Shown here: positions 34,976 through 43,649 of the stretch, piece after piece | Position numbering within the stretch: position 1 is the first letter of the stretch | Layout: each line of letters begins with the position of its first letter | Source: an uncultured Myxococcales bacterium | GTDB taxonomy: Bacteria; Myxococcota_A; Polyangia; Fen-1088 | Assembly (NCBI GenBank): GCA_964535465.1 | Contig: CAZHUY010000001.1 | Coordinates: 1-62,129, forward strand | DNA length: 62,129 bases | Direction: 5' to 3' | Notes under the pieces: model-generated | What the model was told of the DNA's origin: nothing | Database searches by the model: none | The model's input: only the letters and a program-made list of their open reading frames with translations | Position numbers and translations under genes: made by a program

Positions 34976-37900
34976 ATGGCGGCGCCTCTCGCGATGAGGT
35001 GGGGTAAGAATACATGTTCACCTGAGCGTCTTTCCGTGGACACCCGATCAGCACTGCGCGCACTTCACACCCGCCTGGCCGAGGCAGGCGCGGGAAACGC
35101 CGTGGAAATCTACGGTGCCGCCGGCGCGCTGGGGCCGGCCCTGGCCGCGCACCTGGCGGGCGGCGCCACGCTGCTCTATCTGGTAGCGCAAGACGACCAG
35201 GTGCATGCGCGCGCGGCTGACCTGGCGTTCTTTCTGCCGACCAAGAAGGCCAGCGACGATCCGCTGCACCCCCCGCCGGTTCTGGACCTTCCTGCGCCAG
35301 AGGTTTCGCCGCACGCCGAGATGCAGCCTGATCGCCGCACCACCATGCGCCGAATGGCCGTTCTATACCGGCTGGGCCATGGCCATGCGCCGATGGTCCT
35401 GGTGGTCTCCGCGGCCGCGGCCTTTCGCCGGGTGATGGTGCCACGCGACTTCGGGTCGTTGTGCCGAACCATCACGGTACGCACCACCTTGGACCGGCAG
35501 GGCCTAATCGCCGACCTGCAGCGCGCGGGCTACGGTCGCACGCAGGTCGTCGAGGATCCCGGAACCTTCGCGGTGCGCGGAGCGATCCTCGACCTCTATC
35601 CCTCGGCCTATCGGCACCCCGTGCGCATCGAGTTGTTCGGCGACGAGGTGGAAGGGCTACGCCTGTTCGATGCGGCGTCGCAACGCACCCTGCGGCCCAT
35701 CGAGCAGGTGGAGATCCACCCCGTGCGCGAGACCGTGTTGACCGAAGGCGCGGACGTGCGCACGCGCTTGCTGGCGGCGGCGGATCAGGCCGTCTATCCA
35801 TCGAGCAAGACGCGGTACTTGCTGGAGCAGATCGAGCGAGGCGAGGACTTCTTCGGAAGCGACGCCCTTGCGCCGCTGTTCCACGCGCGCATGGGATCGC
35901 TCTTCGATTACCTGGCACCCGATGCGCGGGTGGTTGTGGAGGATCCGCCGGCCATCCTGGAGGAGGTGCGCCGCAACTTCTCGCGCCTGCGCGAAAGTGC
36001 GCACCACCGTCGCACCGAGCACCGCCTGGCCTTGGATCCGGAGGAATTCCTGCTGGACGAAGAGCAGGCCCAAGCCGTGCTGAACGGGCGACCGCGCGTC
36101 GAGGTTCGCACGCTCGAGCTGAGCACCGGCCCCACGCCCGAATCGGCCGAGCCCCGCATCCGTTTCGAGGCCGAGCCCAACACCGGGTTGCGCGCCGAGC
36201 TGGTGCACAAAGGTGGCGAGGAGGATCTGGGGCACGCCCTGTGCGAGCGGCTGCGCCACTGGCTGGATCTGCGCACGCGCGTGTGCCTCGTCGCGACCTC
36301 GCGCACCCACGCGGATCGCCTGGCAGGGGTTCTGCAGGCCTTTGGTCTGCAGCCCGAGGCGCCCGTGGAACACAGCGCGCGCGACTGCCTCGCGCTGCTG
36401 ACCGGCGGGAAGACCGGCCCATCATTGCAGATCTTGATCGGGCCGCTGACGCGAGGGTTCCGTGTGCCCGATGTGCGTCTGGTCCTGCTGGCCGAGGAGG
36501 AGATCTTCGGCGCGCGCGCCCACCGCCCTGCCCCGACACCCGCCACGACGCCCATGCTGGCGGACCTGGCGCAGATCGCGGAAGGCGATCTGGTGGTCCA
36601 CGACGAGCAAGGCGTGGGTCGTTACCGGGGCCTGAAGAAGCTGACCCTGCGGGGCGTAGCCCAGGACTTCCTACACCTGGAATACGTGGGCGGCGCCATC
36701 TACGTCCCCGTGTACCGCATCGGGGTCGTGCACCGTTTCGCGGGCGGCAGCGCCGAGACGGTGCCGCTCGACAAGCTGGGGGGGGCCACCTGGGTAGAGA
36801 AGCGGCGACGGGTTTCCGCCGAAGCGCGCAAACTGGCCGAGGAGTTGCTGCAGCTCTATGCCCAACGACGGGCCCTGCCCGGCCATGCCTTCCCGCCGCC
36901 CGACGTGGTCTTCCGCGAGTTCGAGGAGACCTTCCCCTTCGAGGAGACCCCGGATCAGGACAAGGCGATCCAATCGGTGTTGGCCGACATGCAGGGCGAG
37001 GCGCCCATGGACCGCCTGGTGTGCGGCGACGTGGGCTACGGCAAGACCGAGGTGGCCCTGCGCGCCTCGCTGCTGGCGGCCCTGGGGGGCAAGCAGGTGG
37101 CGGTGCTGGCGCCCACCACGGTGCTGGTCGAGCAACACCTGGCCACCTTCTCGGAGCGGCTGCGCGACTTCCCGGTGCGCGTGGCCTCGCTCTCGCGCTT
37201 CCGCGCCAGGCGCGAGCAGCAGGCCACCGTAGTGGACCTGGCCGAGGGCAAGCTGGACCTCGTCATCGGCACGCACCGCCTGCTCTCGCGCGATGTCCAC
37301 TTCAAGAACCTGGGGCTGCTGATCATCGACGAAGAGCAGCGTTTCGGGGTGGCGCACAAGGAGCGGCTGAAGGAGATGCGCTCGCAGGTGGATGTGTTGA
37401 CCCTGACCGCCACGCCTATCCCTCGCACCCTCCAGATGGCCATGAGCGGGCTGCGCGAGATCTCGATCATCGCCACGCCCCCCGCCGATCGCCTGGCCAT
37501 CCGCACCTTCGTGTGCGGCTTCGATCCCGAGCTGCTGCGCGACGCGATCCACAAGGAGCTGGCGCGCGGCGGGCAGGTCTTCTTCGTACACAACCGGGTC
37601 GAGGATCTCGCCGACTGGGCAAGCCAGGTGGCCGCCCTGGCCCCGCAAGCCAAGGTGGGCATGGCCCATGGCCAGATGACCGAGGGTAAGCTGGAGCAGG
37701 TGATGATCGACTTCGTCGACGGTCGTTACGACATCCTGTGCTGCACGACCATCATCGAGTCCGGCTTGGACATCCCGCGCGCCAACACCATGATCGTGAA
37801 CCAGGCGCAGAACTTCGGGCTGGCCCAGCTCTACCAACTGCGCGGCCGCATCGGGCGTTCCAAGGAGCGCGCCTTCTGCTACCTGGTGATTCCCTCCGAG

Positions 37901-38575
37901 GCCGCGGTGTCGGCGGAGGCGCGCCAGCGCCTGGAGGTGCTGCAACGGTTCACCGAGCTGGGCGCCGGCTTTCAAGTGGCGACCCATGATCTCGAGATCC
38001 GCGGCGCGGGCGAGATGCTGGGCGATCGCCAGTCCGGCATGCTGGCCGCCGTGGGCTTCGACACCTACGCACGCATCCTGGAGGAGGCGGTGGCCGAGCT
38101 GCGCGGACAACCCATCCGTCACGAAACCGATCCGGAGATCGCGGTGGACGTGCCCGCCTTCCTACCCGAGGAGTACATTCCCGACACCGGGCAGCGCCTG
38201 GATTTCTACCGCCGACTGGCCCAGGCCCGCGACCAAACCGAGGTAGCCGCCACCTTGGGCGAGCTGGAGGACCGCTACGGCCCGCTGCCCGAGGAGGCGC
38301 GCCTGCTGGGGGAGGTGATGGTGGACAAGACCTTGGTCCGCCGCACCGGGGCCCGGGCCTATGAGCTGACGGCGAGCCGTCTGGTCCTGACCGCGAGCAT
38401 GGACGCGCGCCTGGATCCCGCCAAGGTCATGCGCCTGGTGCAACGCCGCCAGCACCCCTGGAAGCTGTCGCCCGACATGCGCCTGTCGTACAGCTTCGAC
38501 GATCAAGAGAAACGCGACCACATGGCCGCCGCTCGCAAGCGCCTGCAGGAGGTTCTGACCTGCCTGGTGGGTTGA
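34976..38575 (+). CDS. mfd: Transcription-repair coupling factor
   Basis: 1199-aa ORF with a UvrB-homology N-terminus, an RNAP-interaction region, helicase motifs GDVGYGKTEVALRA, DEEQRFGV and TATPIPRT, and a TRCF C-terminal domain. The exact start is uncertain. Confidence 0.95.
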   Translation: MAAPLAMRWGKNTCSPERLSVDTRSALRALHTRLAEAGAGNAVEIYGAAGALGPALAAHLAGGATLLYLVAQDDQVHARAADLAFFLPTKKASDDPLHPPPVLDLPAPEVSPHAEMQPDRRTTMRRMAVLYRLGHGHAPMVLVVSAAAAFRRVMVPRDFGSLCRTITVRTTLDRQGLIADLQRAGYGRTQVVEDPGTFAVRGAILDLYPSAYRHPVRIELFGDEVEGLRLFDAASQRTLRPIEQVEIHPVRETVLTEGADVRTRLLAAADQAVYPSSKTRYLLEQIERGEDFFGSDALAPLFHARMGSLFDYLAPDARVVVEDPPAILEEVRRNFSRLRESAHHRRTEHRLALDPEEFLLDEEQAQAVLNGRPRVEVRTLELSTGPTPESAEPRIRFEAEPNTGLRAELVHKGGEEDLGHALCERLRHWLDLRTRVCLVATSRTHADRLAGVLQAFGLQPEAPVEHSARDCLALLTGGKTGPSLQILIGPLTRGFRVPDVRLVLLAEEEIFGARAHRPAPTPATTPMLADLAQIAEGDLVVHDEQGVGRYRGLKKLTLRGVAQDFLHLEYVGGAIYVPVYRIGVVHRFAGGSAETVPLDKLGGATWVEKRRRVSAEARKLAEELLQLYAQRRALPGHAFPPPDVVFREFEETFPFEETPDQDKAIQSVLADMQGEAPMDRLVCGDVGYGKTEVALRASLLAALGGKQVAVLAPTTVLVEQHLATFSERLRDFPVRVASLSRFRARREQQATVVDLAEGKLDLVIGTHRLLSRDVHFKNLGLLIIDEEQRFGVAHKERLKEMRSQVDVLTLTATPIPRTLQMAMSGLREISIIATPPADRLAIRTFVCGFDPELLRDAIHKELARGGQVFFVHNRVEDLADWASQVAALAPQAKVGMAHGQMTEGKLEQVMIDFVDGRYDILCCTTIIESGLDIPRANTMIVNQAQNFGLAQLYQLRGRIGRSKERAFCYLVIPSEAAVSAEARQRLEVLQRFTELGAGFQVATHDLEIRGAGEMLGDRQSGMLAAVGFDTYARILEEAVAELRGQPIRHETDPEIAVDVPAFLPEEYIPDTGQRLDFYRRLAQARDQTEVAATLGELEDRYGPLPEEARLLGEVMVDKTLVRRTGARAYELTASRLVLTASMDARLDPAKVMRLVQRRQHPWKLSPDMRLSYSFDDQEKRDHMAAARKRLQEVLTCLVG

Positions 38576-38618
38576 GCTGAGGCTTGCGGTCTCGGCGCGC
38601 CTGTGCCATGCAAGCAGC

Positions 38619-39563
38619 ATGCATCACCGAGCTTACTTGCTGGCTTCGCTGGCCTTGTGCGCCTGCAAGCCCGCACCCGGCCCGGCCCAGGCCTCCGGCC
38701 GCTCGGGCCCGGTGTTGGCTCGGGTGGACGACACCGAGATCACGGCCAGCGATCTGCAGGATGTGCTCAACCGCTACGCCCACTCCCCCTTCGTGGCCGC
38801 GCGCTATTCCACGCCCGAGAAGAAGAAGGAGCTGCTAGAGGCCTTGGTCCGCCATGAGCTGCTGGCGCGCGAGGCCCTGCGACGTGGCTATGACCGCGAT
38901 CCCGACGTCCAGCGCATCGCCAAGAAGCAGATGGTCGCGCAGTTCGAGAAGCGCGAGATCAACGACAAGCTGCGCCCCGAGGACGTTCTCGCCGCTGACA
39001 TCGAAAGGTACTACCGCGAGCACCAGGGCGATTTCGTCCGACCGGAAGAGGTGCGCGTCAGCCAGATCCTGGTGCGCGACGAAGCCGCGGCCCGCAAGCT
39101 GGCGGCCGAGGCCAAGACCCGCAACAGCGTCGAGGCCTTTCGTACCTTGGCCGAGCGCGAATCGCAGGACCAGGATTCCAGAGCGCGCGGCGGCGACCTG
39201 ATGTTTTTCGACCGCAAAACCACGCGTCTGCCCAAGCCGGTGGTCGAGGCGGCCTTTGCCCTGACCAAGCGGGGCGATGTCGCGGGTCCCGTTGCGTCTG
39301 ACATGGGATTTCACATCCTCCGCCTGAACGAGCGCCGTCCCGAAGTCGCGCGCACCCTGGCCGAGGCCAGAGCGGACATCCAGCGCAAGCTGGTCGAGCA
39401 AATGCGCAGCAAACGCAAACGCGAGCTGGTCGAGGAGACGCGCAAGACCATTCGCGTGGAGATCTACGAAGACGAATTGGCCAAGCTGGCCGCACCCCCG
39501 ACGCTCGACGCCGGACGCCCCGACGGACTCGTGCCCCGCACCCCAACCCCAGGAACGCCATGA
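38619..39563 (+). CDS. Parvulin-type peptidyl-prolyl isomerase lipoprotein (PrsA/SurA-like)
   Basis: 314-aa ORF with lipobox LALCAC and parvulin domain EVRVSQILV...GGDLMFFDR...GFHILRL. Confidence 0.8.
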   Translation: MHHRAYLLASLALCACKPAPGPAQASGRSGPVLARVDDTEITASDLQDVLNRYAHSPFVAARYSTPEKKKELLEALVRHELLAREALRRGYDRDPDVQRIAKKQMVAQFEKREINDKLRPEDVLAADIERYYREHQGDFVRPEEVRVSQILVRDEAAARKLAAEAKTRNSVEAFRTLAERESQDQDSRARGGDLMFFDRKTTRLPKPVVEAAFALTKRGDVAGPVASDMGFHILRLNERRPEVARTLAEARADIQRKLVEQMRSKRKRELVEETRKTIRVEIYEDELAKLAAPPTLDAGRPDGLVPRTPTPGTP

Positions 39564-40519
39564 AAACCGCCCATCTCTTGCTTGCCGGACTCGCGCTGCT
39601 CTTGCCCTTGTCGACGCAGGCCCGCGTGGTCGAAAAGATCGCCGCGGTGGTGGGAGGCGAGATCATCCTGCAAAGCGAGGTGGAAGAGCGGGCCGCGCCC
39701 CTGATGGCCGACATCGCCGCCATCAACAACCCCAGCCAGCGGGCGGCCCGGGCCGCGGCCCTGCGCCGCCAGGTGCTGGACCGCATGGTGGACGAGCAGT
39801 TGCTGATGATCGAGGCCAACGAGCTGAAGGTGTCGGTCAGCAGCGAGGAGGTCGACCGGTCCATCGATCAGATCAAGAAGGACTACGGCCTGAGCGACGC
39901 CCAACTGCGCGATGAACTGCGCAAACAGGGCATGAGCATGGGGGCCTACCGCCAGAACACCAAGCGCGAGATCCTCAAGTACCGGGTCATCAACATCGCG
40001 GTGGGCGGCAAGGTCAGCGTCAGCGACGCCGATGTGCAGAGCTATTACGAGCGGCACATGCAAGAGGCCAACATCCAGGTGCGGGCCAGCCACATCTTCC
40101 TGGCCATCCCCGAGAACGCCGACGCCGCCACGGCCCAGGAGCGCGAGAAGCAAGCCAAGAAGCTGCTCGAGCGCGCGCAGACCGGCGAGGACTTCGGCAA
40201 GCTGGCACGCGAGCACTCCGAAGACGCGGCCACCCGCACGGAGGGCGGCGACCTGGGCTGGTTTGGCAAAGACATCTTCCCCAAGCCCATCGAAGAGCTG
40301 GTCTTCTCCATGAAGGAGGGCGAGGTGCGCGGCCCGGTGCGTGCCGACCGCGGCTTCCACATCATCAAGCTGGAGGGCCGACGCGCACAGGCCGCCAAGC
40401 CCTTGGCCGAGGTGCGTGACCAGATCCGCGGTCAGCTCCGTCAGCGCGAGATGGAACGGCAGACCAAGAACTACCTGGGCGAGTTGCGACGCAAGACGCT
40501 GGTCGACATCCGCATGTAG
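39560..40519 (+). CDS. SurA-like periplasmic chaperone/parvulin PPIase
   Basis: 319-aa ORF whose start overlaps the previous stop (ATGA). It has a signal peptide, a SurA N-domain (VVEKIAAVVGGEIILQSEVE) and a parvulin domain (VRASHIFL...GGDLGWFGK...GFHIIKL). Confidence 0.8.
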   Translation: MKTAHLLLAGLALLLPLSTQARVVEKIAAVVGGEIILQSEVEERAAPLMADIAAINNPSQRAARAAALRRQVLDRMVDEQLLMIEANELKVSVSSEEVDRSIDQIKKDYGLSDAQLRDELRKQGMSMGAYRQNTKREILKYRVINIAVGGKVSVSDADVQSYYERHMQEANIQVRASHIFLAIPENADAATAQEREKQAKKLLERAQTGEDFGKLAREHSEDAATRTEGGDLGWFGKDIFPKPIEELVFSMKEGEVRGPVRADRGFHIIKLEGRRAQAAKPLAEVRDQIRGQLRQREMERQTKNYLGELRRKTLVDIRM

Positions 40520-40893
40520 GCGCGGTCCATGCCGGTCCGGTAGCGCTTCCGCGCCGCACGCCCGAGCGCCAGCAGACCGAACAAAGCCAAGGTCATGACG
40601 ACGGGAGAGGAGGAGACGCAGCCCCTAGCCATGGCGCACCCCCGAGCTCTCGCTCTCGGAGTTGGCGGAACCAGCCCCGCCTGCACTTGACTGGGTGTCG
40701 CTGCTCCCTGTATCGCTGCTGCCCGTCGAAGAGAGACCCAGCCCGGACCTTTCTTGATCTTGTGACGCTGGCAGACATAAGAAAGTCTGCCGACAATGTC
40801 TCGAAGACAAGCGGGCGTTGGGTGCGTAGCGTGACCGATAGCACTGAAACTTCTCGGTGACGCGGCCAATCCTATAGTAGATACGGCCCGCCC

Positions 40894-41469
40894 ATGGCAC
40901 GCACGTTGTACCTGGTTCGCCACGCAATGACCGCGTGGAACGCCGAAAAGCGCTGGCAAGGCCAGACCGACATTCCGCTTTGCGAAGAGGGCCGCACCCA
41001 GGCCCTCGCCCTGGTGGAGCGCCTGCGCGGACTTGGCCTGGTGAGCGTTCACACCAGCGATCTGAGTCGAGCACACGAAACCGCCGAGATCGTGGCCCGT
41101 GCCCTGAACCTGCCCTTGTTGAGCCATCGCGATCTGCGCGAACGCGCCTTCGGCCCCTTCGAGGGCAGGACCGCCGCCGAATGCGCCGCCCTGGGCGACA
41201 TCTGGCAGCGCTACGTGGCTGACCGCTGCTTTCCCCCTGGCGCGGAACCCGACGAAGACGTCGTCGCGCGCATGTTCCGCGTGGTGGAGGGTGTCGCCGC
41301 GGCCTTGCCCGATGACCACAGCACGGCCCTGGTGGTCTCGCACGGCTCGTCCATCCGCTCCCTCCTGGGCTACATGGTCGGCCAAGCCTTCCCATCGCTG
41401 CCCAACGGGGGGCTCTATCGCCTCACCCTGGCCCCCGGTCAGCGCCCCGTGTGCGAACCCATCGCCTAA
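40894..41469 (+). CDS. Histidine phosphatase (phosphoglycerate mutase-like) family protein
   Basis: 191-aa ORF with the LYLVRHAMTAWN catalytic RH motif, ...SDLSRAHETA... and ...VVSHGSSIR. Confidence 0.85.
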   Translation: MARTLYLVRHAMTAWNAEKRWQGQTDIPLCEEGRTQALALVERLRGLGLVSVHTSDLSRAHETAEIVARALNLPLLSHRDLRERAFGPFEGRTAAECAALGDIWQRYVADRCFPPGAEPDEDVVARMFRVVEGVAAALPDDHSTALVVSHGSSIRSLLGYMVGQAFPSLPNGGLYRLTLAPGQRPVCEPIA

Positions 41470-41476
41470 AGTCACC

Positions 41477-42331
41477 ATGCTTCTCCGGCGCCACACCTTC
41501 GCTCTCTGCCTCGGGCTCACGTTCTTCGCCGCGAGCTCCTTCGCGCAGCCGGCGCAGGACACGCCCGTGGCGGAGTCGGGCACCCCGCGCGTGGTCTTCA
41601 GCGGCGACTCGAAGTGGAATCGGGTGATCGTCGCTGACGAAGGAGACCTGCGCTCGCTGTACTTCGGCAATCTCGACGACGCCACCCAAAGCACCATCTC
41701 GCTGCGCGATCCGCAAGTGGTGCCCATGGAATACATCCGCCACGCGGCCAGCGCGTTGGCGTTCGCCCCCCGCCGCCGCAATCTGCTGGTGGTCGGGCTG
41801 GGCGGCGGCACCTTCCCCATGCTGGCGCGCCGAGCGTTCCCCACGATGCGCGTCGAGGTGGTCGAGCTGGACCCCTTGGTGCGCAAGGTGGCACGCGACT
41901 ACTTCGGGGTGGTCGAGGACGCCAGACTGCGCGTCCACATCGCCGACGGTGCCGCGTTCATGAAGCGCGCCGGCCGACGCTGGGATGTGATCCTGCTCGA
42001 TGCCTACGGCGCCAACAGCATCCCCGAGCCGCTCGCGACGGACGGGTTCTTCGCCAACGTGGCCCGCCGTCTGGCGCCGGGCGGGCTGGTGATCGCGAAC
42101 GTGGCCGATGCGGAATCGTCCCAGCGCGAGCGCGACATCATCCGCCGCATGGCCAAGCGGTTCCGGGTTTGCGTGCAGCAGCGCACACCCCACTCCGACA
42201 ACATCATCGTCGTGTTGGGGGCCGCGCTGCCCAAGGACCTGGGGGCCGCGCTGGCCGCCCTCGACGCGGAGGCACGCCTGCCCTTCCCCGTAGCCCCGAT
42301 GGCCTCGCGCTACCGCGCGTGCAACGAATAG
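41477..42331 (+). CDS. Secreted spermidine-synthase-like methyltransferase-fold protein
   Basis: Start at MLLRRHTFALCLGL (ATG 41477) with a signal peptide. It has LLVVGLGGGTFP and VILLDAY motifs and ...GGLVIANV. Confidence 0.75.
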   Translation: MLLRRHTFALCLGLTFFAASSFAQPAQDTPVAESGTPRVVFSGDSKWNRVIVADEGDLRSLYFGNLDDATQSTISLRDPQVVPMEYIRHAASALAFAPRRRNLLVVGLGGGTFPMLARRAFPTMRVEVVELDPLVRKVARDYFGVVEDARLRVHIADGAAFMKRAGRRWDVILLDAYGANSIPEPLATDGFFANVARRLAPGGLVIANVADAESSQRERDIIRRMAKRFRVCVQQRTPHSDNIIVVLGAALPKDLGAALAALDAEARLPFPVAPMASRYRACNE

Positions 42332-42384
42332 CACCCGGCGATCAAGTCCGTCGCAAGCCGCCGGCCTTCACCGGGCTCGATGCT

Positions 42385-43593
42385 CTAGGGACTGCAGCTT
42401 CCGCTCCAGGCTATGGAAGCCTTCTGGCAGACGTAGGCCGAGCCCGTGCCATTGCCACACTGCAGGCCTCTGTCACAGGAGGTCCTGCTGCAGTCTGCCC
42501 CCAGCTTGACCCTGGCCACACAGATTCCACTCGAGCAATCGGCGTGCGTGCCACACTCGGTGAAGTCGGCGCACGTCTCCCCGGCAGCCTTGAGAGCCAC
42601 GCAGGTTTGGCTTTCGCGGTCGCAGCGCAGGCCGTCGGACTCGTCGCAAAAGGCATAGGGGCTCTTACCTCCACTGGTCGTCCACTTGCAGCTCGTGTAA
42701 TCGTCGCAGGTGACCGCGCAGCCATCACCGGCCTTGCCTCGGGGCGGAACCATGCATTTTTTGTTCAGGCATATCCCGGGCTCGCTCTCGCATTGGTCCA
42801 CGGAGTCGCAGGGCTCGCCAGCCGCGCGTGTCCCCTTGGTGGTCCTGGCCAGAACCGCATACGACGGCTGGTCGCAACTGTCCTGTAGCTGCGTCAGTAT
42901 GGTTTGGATCACGGTCCGGTCGATCACCGCCGAACCATCGTCGAGGGACTTCACGTAACCCAGCTCGCCGGCTTCGCAGGCCGCGCGTTGTGGGGTCGGG
43001 AAGCCGTTCTGGGCGCAACACGCCGCCAGCCGAGAACAGTAGGGAGCCGCGTAGGCGGTGACGTATTCCTGGGCGGCGGCCGAGAGAGCATCGGTGCGCG
43101 CGTCCGGCGAGCCCCGATCAGGCGATGAGGAATCCGAACGAGGACGTTCGAGGGAAGCATCCAGGGAGACGGCGGCATCTCGCCCTGAAACGTCCGACTC
43201 CTTGCCTCCACTGCCGCCCAAAACCGACGATCCGCCCGAACCTGCCCCGGCATCCGGGGCCTTGTTGCCGGCCGGCCCGGAGGTACCGCCCGACGAGCCC
43301 CCGGGAACGGTACTGCCCGCCAAGGCGCCACCAGAACCTGAACGACCGGCAGAGCCCGTCACCTCACCGGCGCTGGCTCCGCCAGCATTCGACGATCCGC
43401 CACGGCCCGCATCCCCGCCTGACGAGCCGCGCGACTCAGTCCCCGACGCCCCCGCCGAGCCCACGCCCGCGGCATCATGGCCGGTCTCGGTGAGCGGCGT
43501 GGAGCTGGAGCAAGCCGCCAGCGCCGCCACAAGCAGGAGGGATCCTCCCCATCGAGACACGAAGGCCAAGTGGTTTGTCGTCATGCGCGTCAT
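42385..43593 (-). CDS. Cys-rich lipoprotein with Gly/Ser-rich linker
   Basis: 402-aa ORF with lipobox LVAALAAC and a ~150-aa G/S/A low-complexity linker. The C-terminal ~230 aa contain about 30 Cys in repeated C-x-C patterns. Confidence 0.65.
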   Translation of the reverse strand: MTRMTTNHLAFVSRWGGSLLLVAALAACSSSTPLTETGHDAAGVGSAGASGTESRGSSGGDAGRGGSSNAGGASAGEVTGSAGRSGSGGALAGSTVPGGSSGGTSGPAGNKAPDAGAGSGGSSVLGGSGGKESDVSGRDAAVSLDASLERPRSDSSSPDRGSPDARTDALSAAAQEYVTAYAAPYCSRLAACCAQNGFPTPQRAACEAGELGYVKSLDDGSAVIDRTVIQTILTQLQDSCDQPSYAVLARTTKGTRAAGEPCDSVDQCESEPGICLNKKCMVPPRGKAGDGCAVTCDDYTSCKWTTSGGKSPYAFCDESDGLRCDRESQTCVALKAAGETCADFTECGTHADCSSGICVARVKLGADCSRTSCDRGLQCGNGTGSAYVCQKASIAWSGSCSP

Positions 43594-43649
43594 CGTAACA
43601 CCTCGCCATATTCGCCATAGCGATCCGGATCACAGCCGCTTTCCCGTCT

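Noticed and set aside
35461-37689. 742-aa + strand alternate-frame ORF and several minus ORFs (35472-36539, 36671-38122) inside mfd
   Set aside because: The mfd frame carries all helicase/TRCF motifs. The alternatives give Arg/Gly/Pro-rich low-complexity translations.
40471-41886. 471-aa minus-strand ORF spanning the phosphatase and spermidine-synthase-like genes
   Set aside because: It is antisense to two motif-bearing + strand genes. Only its extreme 3' part (the MYXO-CTERM-like tail) is noteworthy, and that is reported separately as a probable remnant.
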